From NCBI GenBank assembly GCA_013239625.1, contig MU054001.1, forward strand, positions 5,257,078-5,321,077: a stretch of 64,000 bases of DNA, given 5' to 3'. The DNA comes from Lama guanicoe. Taxonomy: Eukaryota. How positions within the stretch are numbered: position 1 is the stretch's first letter; every line of letters begins with the position of its first letter. Of the stretch, positions 51,725-64,000 are shown in pieces. Made by a program: the position numbers and the translations under genes. The notes below the pieces were generated by a model. That model was not told the DNA's origin, searched no databases, and worked only from the letters and a program-made list of their open reading frames with translations.

Positions 51725-51900
51725 TAATAATTTTGATAAGAGCTGATATTTGAGTGTCTACCATGTGTCAGGCACTGTGCCAACTTTTCATGCAGTGTGG
51801 CATAGGGATGATTATGATCCCATTTTTCACATGCAGAAACTGAGAATTGAGCAGACTAAATAATTTATAAGATCAGATGGTTCAAATAGAGTGGAATTGG
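51725..51900 (-). mobile_element. MIR SINE
   Basis: tttgagtgtctaccatgtgtcaggcactgtgc...cccattttt...gaaactgag. Confidence 0.8.
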
Positions 51901-52034
51901 GATATGATTCTCAGACATATTATGCCAGCAACTTCCTAAATAATTACATATCTGTATTTTAAATCCTGTGATATCGAGTTTTCCTGGGGGAGGAGCTAGC
52001 CCAGGTCTTCCCATTTCTGGGGAATTTCTGTTCT

Positions 52035-52170
52035 CATTCACGTATTGCTTGTTCATTCATTCACTCAGATATTTCATCCACAAATATTTACTCTGTGCCA
52101 GTGTGTGCCAGGCACTGTGTAGGAACTGGAGATGTCAGATGAGTAAGAAGGTTGAAGGCCCTGAACTCAT
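52035..52170 (-). mobile_element. L2 3' end
   Basis: ttcattcattcactc...caaatatttact...gtgtgccaggcactgtgtagg. Confidence 0.8.
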
Positions 52171-52434
52171 ATGGTTTTACTGCCCTTTCCCTGAAAGTAA
52201 AGAATTGTGTAGCAGCCTTTCACATTATAGCTGGGATGTGGAATGGGGATTAGGGGATGAGAAGGATGGGAGGGAACCCAGTATCCAAGGTAGCCCCTGT
52301 GCAGCGCTGAGCTTAATAGCATCATCTCAGCCCGTCTCCTGCCCAGCTCTGGCCTTGGCAGGATCACTAGGAGCAGTGGCCCCTTCTGGGGTGAGCTAGG
52401 AATCAAATCACTTCTTAATCAGAAGGGTTCCCTT

Positions 52435-52480
52435 TGCTCCCAGGTGATTCTGGTGTGCAGCTGAGATCGAGAACCACTGG
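52435..52480. mobile_element. MER5-like terminal fragment
   Basis: gctcccaggtgattctggtgtgcagctgagatcgagaaccactg. Confidence 0.65.
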
Positions 52481-53148
52481 GGTGGAGGAAGGTCCAACAA
52501 GGGCATCAGTCTGAATACAGAAGATGGGATGGCCCCCCTGCTCTGGACCCCCTCTCCTGACTCTACCATGAGGTAGAGGGGGCACATGGGGCTCTTCGAT
52601 CTGTGACATTCCTGGTGGGGACCAGGATTGGTGCTATGGCAATTCAGCACCTTACCACTCCTTGGAAGGCCTGGCAAAGAGGCACGTGGGGGCTGCAGGG
52701 GATCGACCCCTGGACGGGAGGCCAAGGGCACGGGAGGAGCAGTGACCCCCGTACACCAGCCTGATGAGCCAGGGGTTGATTTCAGAGACTATTCTGAGGA
52801 TCTGATTCAAAAGCCAAAGACAATTTTAAAGTTCGTTATAAGTTCAGACTGGCTCTGTGGATATTAGGGTCTTCTGCTGATGTTAGAAAAATAAAATCAC
52901 CTTGGCTGAGATCATAAATCCATATAGAGAAAAGACATCTGACTTGGTTTTGGAGACAGTTGGGGCTTTTGCAGGTGAATGGATGTTTTTAGTTTATGGC
53001 TTCATAGGTTCAAACCCCCAAGTACAGCCTTAATGGGCAACATCAGTCAGATTGTCATTGCCAGGGTGGGAGGCACGGGGGAGGGGCTGCAGCAGCCGTT
53101 TACCCAGAATCGCAGAGTGAGAACTATTTTCGTGGCAGATGAAGGTTC

Positions 53149-53978
53149 TGTAAAGGAAAAACTCACTTCTTCTGTGTCTCTCTCCTTTACTACTTAAGAT
53201 TCACTTCTGGCACTTCTGGTCACCAAATGTTTGTGGAGGGGTTTCCCCACCAAGCAATTCTCTGAGACACCAGCTAAGTGTCCTACAAATTCCATTCAGT
53301 TCTGACACTAACCCGAGTTAGTGCAGACCCCATGGGTTAAGAGCTTAGTTCCAAAGACTGCTCCCACTCCAGATGCCAATCACAAGTCGTAGGTCCCAGT
53401 TACTCACAACTTCTGCCTGGTTTGGCTACAAATCAGAGGCTCCCACGACCCCTCCCCTGGATTTGATTATTTGCTAGAAGAGCTCACAGAACTCAGGGAA
53501 ACACTTGTTTAGCTGTTTATTCTATAACAAAGCTTATGGATGAAGGATACAAAAGAAAACCAGATGAAGTGACACATAGGGTGCAGTCTAGAAGGGTCCT
53601 GAGGGGAAGAGCTTCTGTCCCTGTAAAAATGGGGAGCAGAGCCCCATCCTCCAGGTATGTAGATGAGGTCACCACCCAGAAGCTCTCTGAACCCAGTACC
53701 ATTGGGATTTTTATGCAGGCTTCATCATGTAGGCATGATTGATCATTAACTCAATTCCAGCCTCTCTCCCCTCTCTGGAGAAAGAAGGGTAGGGCTGAAA
53801 GTTCCAAGCTCCTAATCATGGCTTGTTCTTTCTGGTGACCCGCCTCATCCAGGGGCCCACCAAGAGTCACATCAGAACCAAACACTACTCTCACCTATGA
53901 AATTCCAAAGGATTTAGGAGCTCTGTGTCAGAAACTGGGGGCAAAGACCAGTACATGTATATTTCTTATTATTTCACA
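53149..53978 (-). mobile_element. MER21-family solo LTR
   Basis: TG...CA termini; cacttctggtcaccaaatgt, ttgctagaagagctcacagaactcagggaaacactt; 5-bp TSD GGTTC (53144-53148) / GGTTT (53979-53983). Confidence 0.9.
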
Positions 53979-55169
53979 GGTTTCCAGAGAAGAGAGAAGC
54001 ACCTCTCACCCCAGAGAATCTCCCTCTGTGATAGTCACCCCAAGTCCCTCTGGATCCCAAGAACCGCCCCCCCCCCCAGGATAAATGAGCTGCAATTACA
54101 AATACATGCTAGTGGAAAGTCAGTGGGGACAGATATAAAACAGGGCCTAGAAACACAAAGGTGAAAACCAGGGGAAGCAAAGGACTGATGCTGCCTCAGA
54201 CAGATGCCAAGAGTTGGAGCTGACCTTCTGCTCTAGGGACAAGTGACCCTGCAGGCAGACAACTCACCATGACTCCTGGAGGGGAGAGAACAGTCCCCCA
54301 GGAAGGAAGGAGGAGCCAGCACTCCCTCCTGGACAGAACAGAGGGAGTTAAATTTAGTCTTTCCTCTCTCACCAGGTTTTATTAAGTCTGGCTGCTAATT
54401 CACTTCCTTTGTAAGGATTCCTGATGGACCTAAGGGAGAAGGAAGAGTCTGCAAGGGAGAAGCCTCTAGAAAGCTCATGCCCTGCTCAGGCCCCATCAGT
54501 GTGGCAGTGGGAGTCCACTGGGACCTGGACCCCAAGTCATCCCACAGAAAGAAGCTGCCAAGCACCCCAACCACCTCCCTAGCCCCTCCTCACCTCATCG
54601 TGCTGGTCTGACCTTTAAGACACTTGTCTTAGTCTTGCTTATTTATCTTCTTCATTTATTTGTATTCTTGTCCATGATCTGTCGCCCAAACTTGAACTTA
54701 AGAAGACAAGCGTCTTTTCTGGTTTATTTGCTGTTGCATCCCCAAGATGCAGAACAGGGCTCTATCCCTAAGACCCTCAAAATTTGTTCAACTAAAGGAA
54801 CTAATGAACAAATGAATAGTGGAGTCAAGAATCCAGAACTCCATCTGGAGGGGTCACAGAGTGGACGAGGAGAGGAAACTCTAATCAATAACTCAAGTAA
54901 GAGAGGAGGGCTGTGGTGAAACTGAGTTGGAGGGTCTGAACCGTCATGTTCTAGTCTCTTTCCTGAGCCACCCGGTGACAAACAAAGTGGGAAGGAGAGA
55001 GAGGGGGCAGTTTAGGGGACATGCAGTGGGTTGTAGAAGGGATTGTTAGGGACACAGGCAGGAGGGGAAGGGGAAGGAAGAGCCACAGAGGAAGGAATCA
55101 GACAAACAGAAAAGGAAAACAAGACCTTCTCCAGAATGAGACTGGGGGACAAGGAGTAACTTGGGAGGG

Positions 55170-55350
55170 CTCTGTCTCTCTGGAGTCAGGCTCAGCACCT
55201 CTACCCCGAGGGCAAGAACTCACCCTTACTGAGCCTCAGTTTCCTCATCTGTCAGATGGGGTAACAACACTTCTCTCTGTCAGGGCTGTGGTGAGGGTTT
55301 AGAGAGATAATGCTGGTAAGAGCTTAACACTGAGCCTGGCACATAGCTCT
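55170..55350 (+). mobile_element. MIR SINE
   Basis: ctgagcctcagtttcctcatctgtcagatggggtaac...gcctggcacatag. Confidence 0.85.
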
Positions 55351-55377
55351 TTCTCTCATGTCAGAAGCTGCAGTTCT

Positions 55378-55467
55378 GGGGGAGGGTGTAGCTCGGTGGT
55401 AGAGTGCATGCTTAGTATGCATGTGGTCCCCAGTTCAATCCCCAGTACCTCCATTAAAAAAACAAAA
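55378..55467 (+). mobile_element. tRNA-Ala-derived SINE (vic-1-like)
   Basis: gggggagggtgtagctcggtggtagagtgcatgcttagtatgcatgtggtccccagttcaatccccagtacctcc, then an A tail. Confidence 0.9.
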
Positions 55468-56729
55468 CTGTTCTAAGCTAGCTTCTCTGAGGACCTTCCT
55501 GAGATCCTGGCATCAGGAAGGTCTTCTCTGCCCTGCACAAGTGTCCTTCCTTCAGAAACTCACCCAGGAAGGAGCTGGGACAAGAAACCACTCTGTACCA
55601 GGACCTTAGAGTTTGTCTCAGGGAGGCAGAGCCCACTGTGGTCCACTTGAATAGTTCACAGGATTGTCCCTGCACAAAGGTGGCCATTGGATGCCAGTGG
55701 TCTTCTGTCTTCTTTACTGGTTTGGAACACTAATGGGCAACTCTGAGTGGTACTGATTGTAAATCCAGGTAAGTCTCCCTGGCTGTGGACAAGACTCTAA
55801 CCTTCCACAGGCGAGATTCTGACCTTGGAGCCCCACTTCAGAGGAGGAGGCTGTGAGAAATCCTTGCCTTCCGCCTTTCTGTGTCATGGACACCACTTTC
55901 CTCCCAGGACCAGAACGATCCAGAAGGTCAGAGGATGAAGTTACAGGAGAGACACAGAAGCTTTTTCTTCTGTTAAACAGTGTCCTGGGGAGAACTGATT
56001 GGCCACATTCTCCAACTGCCTTGGGATGAGCGGGCGGCCTTAACAAGCCCACAACACCTCAAATGAGGACTTAGCTGGATCCCCAGCAGGTGGTCTGGGA
56101 GATGGTTCTGCATAAGGGTCTGCAGACTGGGGTTTTGTTACCCAGAGTGTGGGCAGAAGCAAGGTCTTGATTTTTCAAAAATACGTTAAGTATCCTTAAA
56201 CTTTCACCAGACAAAAATGCCATTGCCAGGATATTTTGAGAGCTGTTTCATAGTCAAGGATACTCAATGCATTCTGTAATCCTCCCTTGAGAGTTTCCAG
56301 AATTCTCAGGGTGCTTTGCTCCCCACCCTCTGGTTGGGCTGCTCTAGCCTTAGGTGGAGGGAAGATGCCATTGACTGCCTCTGGGCAGAGGTGTGCATTG
56401 TGGAACAGTGGTGGGCAGGGAAAACAGAGGCAAGAAACAGGCTCATTCAAACTAGCTCAGATAACAAGGACCTAGGAAGGATGTGACTGGCCAAGGAATC
56501 CAGGAACAGCTGGACTGCACAAGGTCTGGGGCTGGACAGCTCATGACCAAGTCTCTCGCTCATGGAGCTGCCCATACATTTTCTCTACATCTCCCTATCC
56601 ATCTGCCTCATCCCCGAGAGGTTCGCATTTTCTGCTGCCATGTCACCTCTCTGCTCTTCCAAAATGTCAGCTACAGGTGGCTTGGCTCACCTCAGTTTAA
56701 GTTCCATGCCACCAGAATAGAGATAATAT

Positions 56730-56920
56730 AGACTAGGAACCAGGAGGCCCGGGTCCTGCTCTGCCCGTGTCAGCTTGGACACATTACACCTCAGCTTCTC
56801 TGTAAAAGTAGAATAACTAGTGTTTCTGTCTCATGAAGCATGTGTGAGTATTAAATGAGCTGATTGATGAAAAACACTCAGAATCATGCCTGGCAAATCA
56901 ACGCTTAAAAACATTATCTT
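56730..56920 (+). mobile_element. MIR SINE
   Basis: cctcagcttctctgtaaaa...gtgagtattaaatgag...tgcctggca. Confidence 0.65.
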
Positions 56921-57239
56921 CTATAAACCCTACAAAGGATAAAGACTCAAATGCCCACCCAGCCAAGGAGATTCCTAGAGTCATCTGTGAAGCAAAATTG
57001 GCCCCAGATAACCAAAAGAAGGGAGTTATAAGGATGGGAAATAAAAATTGCAATTATCCAGTCCTGGAAGATCGTTGTTTCTAAAGGACACTGCTAGACA
57101 ACTCAGCCTGTTCAAAAAACAAAAGTATTTGGATATCCAGCCAAGCTCTATCTGGTTTTTCTGCCCATTCTATCCCTTGCTCTTACTCTGTCCTTGAGAG
57201 TCAAGAAGAAAAATTCTGCTGTCACCATGGTTTTGAGGG

Positions 57240-57384
57240 TCAAACAACCTCAAGTTTGAACCAGATTTGCCCTTTGCAATGTGACTTTGTGCAAACTACT
57301 TAATCTTTCTGATTTTCAGTCTCCTCATCAATACAATGGGATAATAACTCTACCTACCTGACATCATTGTAAAAAATGAGAAGA
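57240..57384 (+). mobile_element. MIR SINE (host of the inverted L1)
   Basis: tgtgactttgtgcaaactacttaatctttctgattttcagtctcctcatc...atgggataataa. Confidence 0.8.
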
Positions 57385-58141
57385 TTTGCATATGTTGAAC
57401 CATCCTTGTGTTCCTGGAATGAACCCAACTTGAACATGGTGTATAATCTTTTTTATCTACTGTTGGATACTGTTTGATAATATTTTGTTGAGGATTTTTG
57501 CATCCAGCAATCCCACTCCTGGGCATGTATCCAGAAGGAACTCTAATTCAAAAAGACACCTGCACCCCAATGTTCATAGCAGCGCTATTTACAATAGCCA
57601 AGACATGGAAACAACCTAAATGTCCATCATCAGATGACTGGATAAAGAAGTTGTGGTGTATTTATACAATGGAATACTACTCAACCATAAAAAATGACAA
57701 CATAATGCCATTTGCAGCAACATGGATGGCCCTGGAGAATGTAAATCTAAGTGAAGTAAGCCAGAAAAAGAAAGAAAAATACCATATGATATCACTCATA
57801 TGTGGAATATAGGGGAAAAAAAGAAGACAAATGTATTCATATATAAAACAGAAACATACTCACAGACCTAAAATACAGACTTGTGGTTGACAGCGGGAAG
57901 GAGGGTGGGAAGGGATAAACTTGGAGTTCAAGATTTGAAGATACTGACAGGTATATATAAAATAGATAAACAAGTTTATACTGTATAGCACAGGGAAATA
58001 TATTCAATATCTTGTAGTAGCTCACAGTGAAAAAGAATATGAAAATGAATATATGTATCTTCATGTATGACTGAAGAATTGTGCTGTACACCAGAAATTT
58101 ACACAACATTGTAAATTGACTACAAATCAATTTTTTAAAAA
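57385..58141 (+). mobile_element. Young L1 with 5' inversion (antisense 57385-57504, sense 57502-58141)
   Basis: Uninterrupted ORF2 C-terminus (PAIPLLGMYP...CTPMFIAALFTIAKTWKQPKCPS...YHMISLICGI); antisense mid-ORF2 piece; TSD aaaaaatgagaaga / aaagaatgagaaga. Confidence 0.93.
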
Positions 58142-58294
58142 AAAGAATGAGAAGAAATGCAAATAACAGCTCTTTCAAGAACTTAAAGCTGGATCCCAAT
58201 AGTAGGTCTTCTTGTTGTCAGGCCTAAGAGCCTCAACACCTTTATTCATCCTTTGGGTGATGTGGTGTCCAGATCCCTCCCAGTTTTAGTGGAT

Positions 58295-58705
58295 TTGTGT
58301 TGCTCTTTGCCTGCCTGCCTGTCTGTCTGCCTGAAATGTGTTCCCCTCCTCTAGACAATGACATCCTGTTTTGCTTGGGGGAATCACCTTGCACATTGGA
58401 CAGTTTGATGGAACTGTCAGTCAAAGTGCCCTGTCTCTGCCTACCAAGCTCAGCCAATCAGATCTTCCCGCTTCAAGCTTCCATCCTCAGCTGAATGTAC
58501 AGAGGCTGACGACGGTGAGCGCTCATTTCCCTTGACTAGAGAGGCAGTCCAGTTTTCCTGACACTTTAGTCCCTTCCTTCCTCAGGTCCTTAGCCTGGAT
58601 CTTCAGCCTTCCAATGATAATGTGAACCACTCATAAATTCCTTTTCTGTCTGTTAGGCAGAGTGCATTCCCATTGTTTGTAATCAAGGAACACTAACAGA
58701 ACACA
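58295..58705 (+). mobile_element. ERVL solo LTR (LTR67B-like)
   Basis: ccaagctcagccaatcaga...ataaattccttttctg...ttgtttgtaatcaaggaacactaac; similar layout to 39290-39716. Confidence 0.55.
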
Positions 58706-59749
58706 GTTCAGATGGGAGTTTGGGGTTCTTGGTGGAGTTGTGAATATTCCTGTGGGCAAGCTCAGGGTGAATTCTCTGGGTCTTGAGATGGAAAGCATCA
58801 TAAATGAATCCTGGAATGAGAGCATCTGCAAGAAAGACCTCATTAAAAAGGCAGGACCTCATGCCTGTGTGTGGGCTGAGGAAGCAGGTGGAGATGGTGA
58901 CTTTTAGGAAAGCTCTGTCCAGGTGAGCTGTTAGGGATGTATCACCTGCCCTCCCTGCTGGCTGCCAACATCACACCATACCTAGGACTGAGGGGACATA
59001 GGAAGGTTTTTCTAACTGGCACAACTCCCAGGCTTTGAGGGAGAAAGAGAGGAGAAGTGCTAAAATTTGTTTCCTCCAAATGTTCTGGAATGCATCCAGG
59101 AGCACCCATAAAAGAAAGTTGGCACCCACCTCCAAAGTAAGGCAATATATTTCTCTAAACTGCAGTCATAATTCCTAATTGAATGTCTCTCTCAAAAATT
59201 CATGACACGAAAGACTGAATTATTAAGTAAATAAAATCATAAATGAGGATCATAATGGAGCTAATGGCTGCACCGGACAGCTTTGTATTATGTGGGAGGG
59301 CTCAGACAGCTCCCCAGTGGTCCAGTTCAGCCATAACCCTACAAACGTCCAGAACTGTCCGGTCACCCAACAACAACAAAAAAAATGTATGCCCTGCTTT
59401 TCAGATCTTGCTGTAGGTGGATTGGATTTTTCTATCAATGAAGGCAACTCAACAGCACAACTTTCTTTTCCCCAAGATGATCTGTACTTGGAGGCGGCCC
59501 CAGCCGGCCTGTTTCTCACTGAGCTGTCACTTACACTCTCCCAGCATTAGCTGCTGCATCCCTGATAGCCTTTGACAACTACGAGTCAATGTACCACTTA
59601 GACACCCAAATCGGATTTTGATTTCCAGCGAGTTTGATCAATTTTCAGAAACTTCGGCAGTTTTCTTCCATAACCTTTATATTTAAGTCTAAACTCCAGA
59701 AACTTGTAGTAGAAATGAAGTCTTTTAAATGACTCACCTTCTGCCCATT

Positions 59750-60180
59750 TTGGTCATCTGTCATTTATTCAACAGATATCTGGTGAGCTCGGCTCTGTTC
59801 CCAATGCTATGCTGGATGAAGGGCATTCTGTGGTGGCCAAAATAGCCAGCATCCTGCCCTCCACAACCTTGTGGTTCAACAGAGGGGAGAAGTTTTCAGC
59901 AAATAAACCCAGAGATGAAATTAGATTCACAGACTGGGGTATGTGCTATGAAGGAAACAAAGTGGGGTGTTATGAAAAGGCATAGCTGAAGACATTTCGT
60001 TTGGGGAAGGGGAGGTTAGAAAAGGTTTGTTTGAGCAAAAGATGCTTAAGCTGGAGCCTGAGGGTGAGTAACAGCTGGACAGCACAGGGTGGGAGGCACA
60101 GGGTGGAGAGCATTCAAGGAGGGAGCTGCACATCTACAGCCTTGGAAGAAGGACAGGAGTTGGTCTGTTCAAGGCCAAGG
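59750..60180 (-). mobile_element. L2 fragment
   Basis: tcatttattcaacagatat...gtgctatgaaggaaa...ttaagctggagcctga...gagcattcaagg. Confidence 0.75.
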
Positions 60181-60444
60181 AACACGGTGGTCCTGTCCCT
60201 CAAACTTAACTTATAGTTGGCATCAGCTTAGCCGCTAAAGACTCTTCCTGTGAACTCCTGATACTCGAGGGAGTAGGGGAAGCCTCTCCCCGTAGGAAGA
60301 AAAGATGGGAAATTCCCTTCTTGGAATGGTTCACATGGAAAAGTGTGAGAAGCAGGCAGGAACAGTGGCAGTGAACACTCAGAGTCCCTCAGACTCAGAA
60401 TTCTCTCAAACATGAGGGTGGGAGAATGCCTCTTTGGGAGCCAC

Positions 60445-60873
60445 TTTTTAAAACAGCGTTATAGAGGTATAATTGATATACTAAGAACTGCACATATAAT
60501 GTGCACAATTTGTTGAGTTTGAACATATGCAAACACCCATGTCATCATCCCCATGATCAGGGTAATAGACATAACCAGCATCTCCCAAGTTTCCTCGTGT
60601 CCCTTTGGGTTTTTGTGAAAAGAAGAAATCTACCCTCTTAACAAAGAAGCACACCATACCATACTATTAACTACGGACACCGTATTGTACAGCAGGTTTC
60701 TGGAACTTATCATCTTGCTTAACAGAAAACTTATACCCATTGAGTAACTCCTGTTTCAGCCTCCCCCAGCCCCTGCCAACCACTATTGTATTCTCTGCTT
60801 CTGTGAGTGACTATGTAGGTCCTCATGTAAGTGGAACCATGCAATATTCATCCTTCTGTGACTGGCTAATTTC
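60445..60873 (-). mobile_element. L1MA/MB-like 3' UTR
   Basis: gaggtataattgatata...ctaccctcttaacaa...cctcatgtaagtggaaccatgcaatatt. Confidence 0.85.
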
Positions 60874-60889
60874 CCTGCCACTTTTGAAA

Positions 60890-61663
60890 GCTTTATTACA
60901 AGATTTTGAATATAATTCCCTGTGCCATACAGTAGGATCTTGTTGTTTATTTTATATATAGTAGTTAGTATATGCTAATCCCAAACTCCTAATATGTCCT
61001 TCCCCCAACCCCTTTCAGCTTTGGTAACCATAGGTTGTTTTGTATGTCTGTGAATATGTTTCTGTTTTGTAAGTAAGTTCATTTGTATCATATTTTAGAT
61101 TCTACATATGAGTGATATCATATGATATTTGTCTTTCTCTTTCTGGCTTACTTTACTTAGTATGACAATCTCCAGGTCCATCTATGTTGCTGCAAATGGC
61201 ATTATTTCATTCTTTTTTATGGCTGAGTAGTATTCCATTGTGTATATACACCACAGCTTCTTTATCCAATCATCTGTCGATGGACATTTAGGTTGCTTCC
61301 CTGTCTTGGCTATTGTAAATAGTACTGCTATGAACATTGAGGTGCATGTATCTTTTCAAATTAGAGTTTTCTCTGGATATATGCCCAGGAGTGGGATTGC
61401 TGCATCATAAGGTAAGTCTATTTTTAGTTTTTAAATAACCTCCATACTGTCCTCCATAGAGGCTGCATCAATTTATATTCCCACCAACAGTGTAGGAGGG
61501 TTCCTTTTTCTCCACACCCTCTCTAGCATTTATTATTTCTAGACTTTTTGATGATGGCCATCCTGAGCAGTGTGAGGTGATGCCTTATTGTAGTTTTGAT
61601 TTGCATGTTTCTGATAATTAGTGATGTTGAGCATCTTTTCATGTGTCAATTGGCCATCCGGAT
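60890..61663 (-). mobile_element. L1 3' portion (artiodactyl type), lacking the extreme 3' end
   Basis: ttttagattctacatatgagtgatatc...cccaggagtgggattgctg...gttttgatttgcat...tggccatccggat. Confidence 0.93.
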
Positions 61664-61692
61664 AACAGACTCTAGTTTATTCTGAAGTTCAT

Positions 61693-62109
61693 GTGCCCAG
61701 CCAAGTGGCCTCACTCCCTAGCCTTCCTTATGGAGTGGTATGACCGGTGGGCTGTATGCGGACAGGTAAGGCATGATATAGAGGCATGCTCTTGAGCAGA
61801 TGACTAAAGCCAACATGTGTCCTTTGGCTGTCTCTCCCTCCTGCTTCCTGACTGGAATGTGGCTGTGAGAGCAGGAGCTCCAGAGGCCCTTCAGGACCAA
61901 GGACCACCTTGATGATGGAAGCCATGCAACACAGGATGGTGATGCAGAAAGAAACAGGAACCCAGGGACCTGAGGATGGGGTGGTCAGCACAGCAGCCTT
62001 AGACTGCCCACGTTCAGACTACCTTTACGTAAGGAAGGAAATCCTGCCTTATTTAAGAACTATATTTCTGGCCTCTGTTATTCTTAGCAGTTCTCAGCAG
62101 TTACACACA
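61693..62109 (+). mobile_element. MLT1J-like LTR
   Basis: cttcctgactggaatgtggctgtga...aggatggtgatgcagaaaga...cttatttaagaac. Confidence 0.7.
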
Positions 62110-63039
62110 AGTCTCAGAAAGCTCTGCTTAGACATTAGTTCAGTCATTAATGAAACGAAGCCCACCTTCACGTCTGGGATCGTTCCTGGTATGCGTGGCT
62201 CCCTCTTGCAGGAACCCCAAGGAGAGGAGGAGTGGGCTGTGTGATAAAAGTGCCTCCAGCTGTTTACCTGTCTCTAAAGAACATAGTTATGGGAGACAAA
62301 ACCTTGTTCGCCAGGGGAAATGGAATGAGAAGACAGCCTCAAAGGGGAATCGGATACACACACACAACCTTATATTCTTTCATGGTGCTGGTTGCTGTTT
62401 TAATAATATTTTCAGATGCTAATATGGTGTAAGTCTTGTTGGCACATGCAGTAAAAATAGACTTGTCCAGCTCACAGCTACCGACCAATTAATCTAGACA
62501 GACGGGAGGTTGAGTAGGTAAGAGGGGACTTGTCAGACCCTATGAAAGCAACACCACGGCAACCAGCAAGTGCCAAGGCACCCGCTTCCTCGTTTGCATA
62601 GCCCATCACAGCAGACACAGCTGCAATTAGCAGCCAGTGGCCTTTGTAAAGCTCTGGAGCTCGGAACACAGCTGAGAGGTAGTTTCCGGGAGATCACAAG
62701 GCCCTGAAAACGTGCCATCAAAACCACCTCCTGACATCATAATAAATAATAATTTCCAAGATCTTTATAAAATTTCTGTTCTCTGTTCCCAAACATACCT
62801 GTCCCTTTCCTCACCCTGTTCTCTGCCTAAAAATAATCTCTGTTCCTCAAAGTCTTCCTTTTCGACACCTAGCTCAAATGCCAACTTCTCTGAAAGCCTT
62901 CCTTGACTCTCCCAGTCAGAAAGGTTGTCTCATCTGGGTCCCGTTCACCACACTGACATCAAGCATTTTACATCAGTTATTTCTTCTTACCTCACTTGAG
63001 CTTTACAGCAATCTAGTAAATAGATAAATACTTTTTAAC

Positions 63040-63254
63040 TCTTATTTTTAATTGAAGTGTAGTTGATTTATAATGTTAGTTTCATGTGTCCAGCAAAGCA
63101 ATTCAGTTACACATACACATATGTATTTAAGATGATTTTCCATTATATTACAAGAAATTGAATATAGTTCCCTGTGCTATGCAGTAGATCTTTGTTATCT
63201 ATTTTATATATAATAATATATATCTATTAATCCCAAACTCCTAATCTATCCCCA
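63040..63254 (-). mobile_element. Short L1 3' end inserted in a MIR
   Basis: ttttaattgaagtgtagttgatttataatgttagtttca...taatcccaaactcctaat. Confidence 0.9.
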
Positions 63255-63384
63255 GTTACATCAGAGAAGAAGACTGCAGTACAGCAAGATCAAGACAAAC
63301 TCAAGACCAAACAGCTAGTAAGTAACTAGGTCTTCAGAGTTCAAATTGTAGATCTTCAAGCCCTAGCTCTTCAGTAGCCATACT

Positions 63385-63470
63385 TTTATTCATTCGTTCA
63401 TTCAAAAAACACTTACTGAGATCATCCCAGATGCCAGGCACTGTCCTGAGGACAATGCCTCCAACGGGAG
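63385..63470 (-). mobile_element. L2 3' end
   Basis: attcattcgttcattcaaaaaacacttactgag...tgccaggcactgtcct. Confidence 0.8.
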
Positions 63471-64000
63471 TGAGCAGACAGAGCAAACTGAAGTCCCCTC
63501 CTGCACTCCATACACCAGACTTGTGGGCAGAGACTGCATCTGATTTGTTTCCACATCTCCTGCCCCCAGCAGAGAGAAACCCTAGCACATCATAGGTCTC
63601 CGGCAAGTGTGAAGTTGAACTGAAATGAATGAGCTGCTAGGCTGAGCGTCAGAGGAACAGAGACAAAGGAAAGATTGAGTCTTGGAGCCGAAAACAGGTC
63701 AGTGGTTGAGCTGTCCGATCCAGCAGGGACTCTTCCTGGTGTAGCCTGAGGTTAGAAGTAACTCCAAGTGTGGCTGAAGTAAGAGGAGTGCCTTCAGAGG
63801 TGGAAGGAGGGCTCAGACTCTAGGGATGTGGAGTAATTGCTCAGCCCAACCTTTGGGGAGCATCAACTTCATCTCAGAATCCCCAGGCAAGAAAGGTACC
63901 CAGCAGGAGGAAGGGCTTGTAGAGACTGCATATTGGCCTGGTTAATCCTTGACAGGCTGCCTTTGGGAGCTGCAGTTGGAGCTGTGGGAGGTGCTATATC

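Noticed and set aside
55378..55453. tRNA-Ala gene (also at 12020 and 46251)
   Set aside because: Stem mismatches, an extra 5' G-rich leader, A-rich tails and three diverged copies indicate a SINE, not a functional tRNA.
57498..57812. Intact-looking 104-aa ORF
   Set aside because: Only the C-terminus of L1 ORF2 in a truncated insertion; no true start codon.

Overview
This 64 kb window is mammalian, repeat-rich, non-coding DNA (intergenic or intronic). It is most likely from a camelid (alpaca/llama/camel), because it carries three copies of a tRNA-Ala-derived SINE resembling camelid vic-1, plus artiodactyl-type L1 3' ends. I recognise no host protein-coding gene. The only ORFs with a recognisable product are LINE-1 ORF2 remnants; the rest are chance ORFs or microsatellite translations. 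Much of the window is old interspersed repeat: MIR, L2, L1, solo LTRs (MLT1, MLT2, MER21, LTR33, LTR67B-like) and hAT DNA transposon relics (MER3, MER102, Charlie4z-like, MER5, Tip100-like). I did not find a convincing new biological system. The best observations are: a young 5'-inverted (twin-primed) L1 with a large internal deletion and readable target-site duplication (TSD); a fold-back palindrome inside an MLT2 LTR; strong CTCF motifs in convergent orientation; a CpG cluster containing a pre-miRNA-sized hairpin; and several repeat-free, homeodomain/TCF-motif-rich blocks that look like developmental enhancers. Repeat family names come from my recall of consensus sequences, not a search, so subfamily labels and boundaries are approximate.
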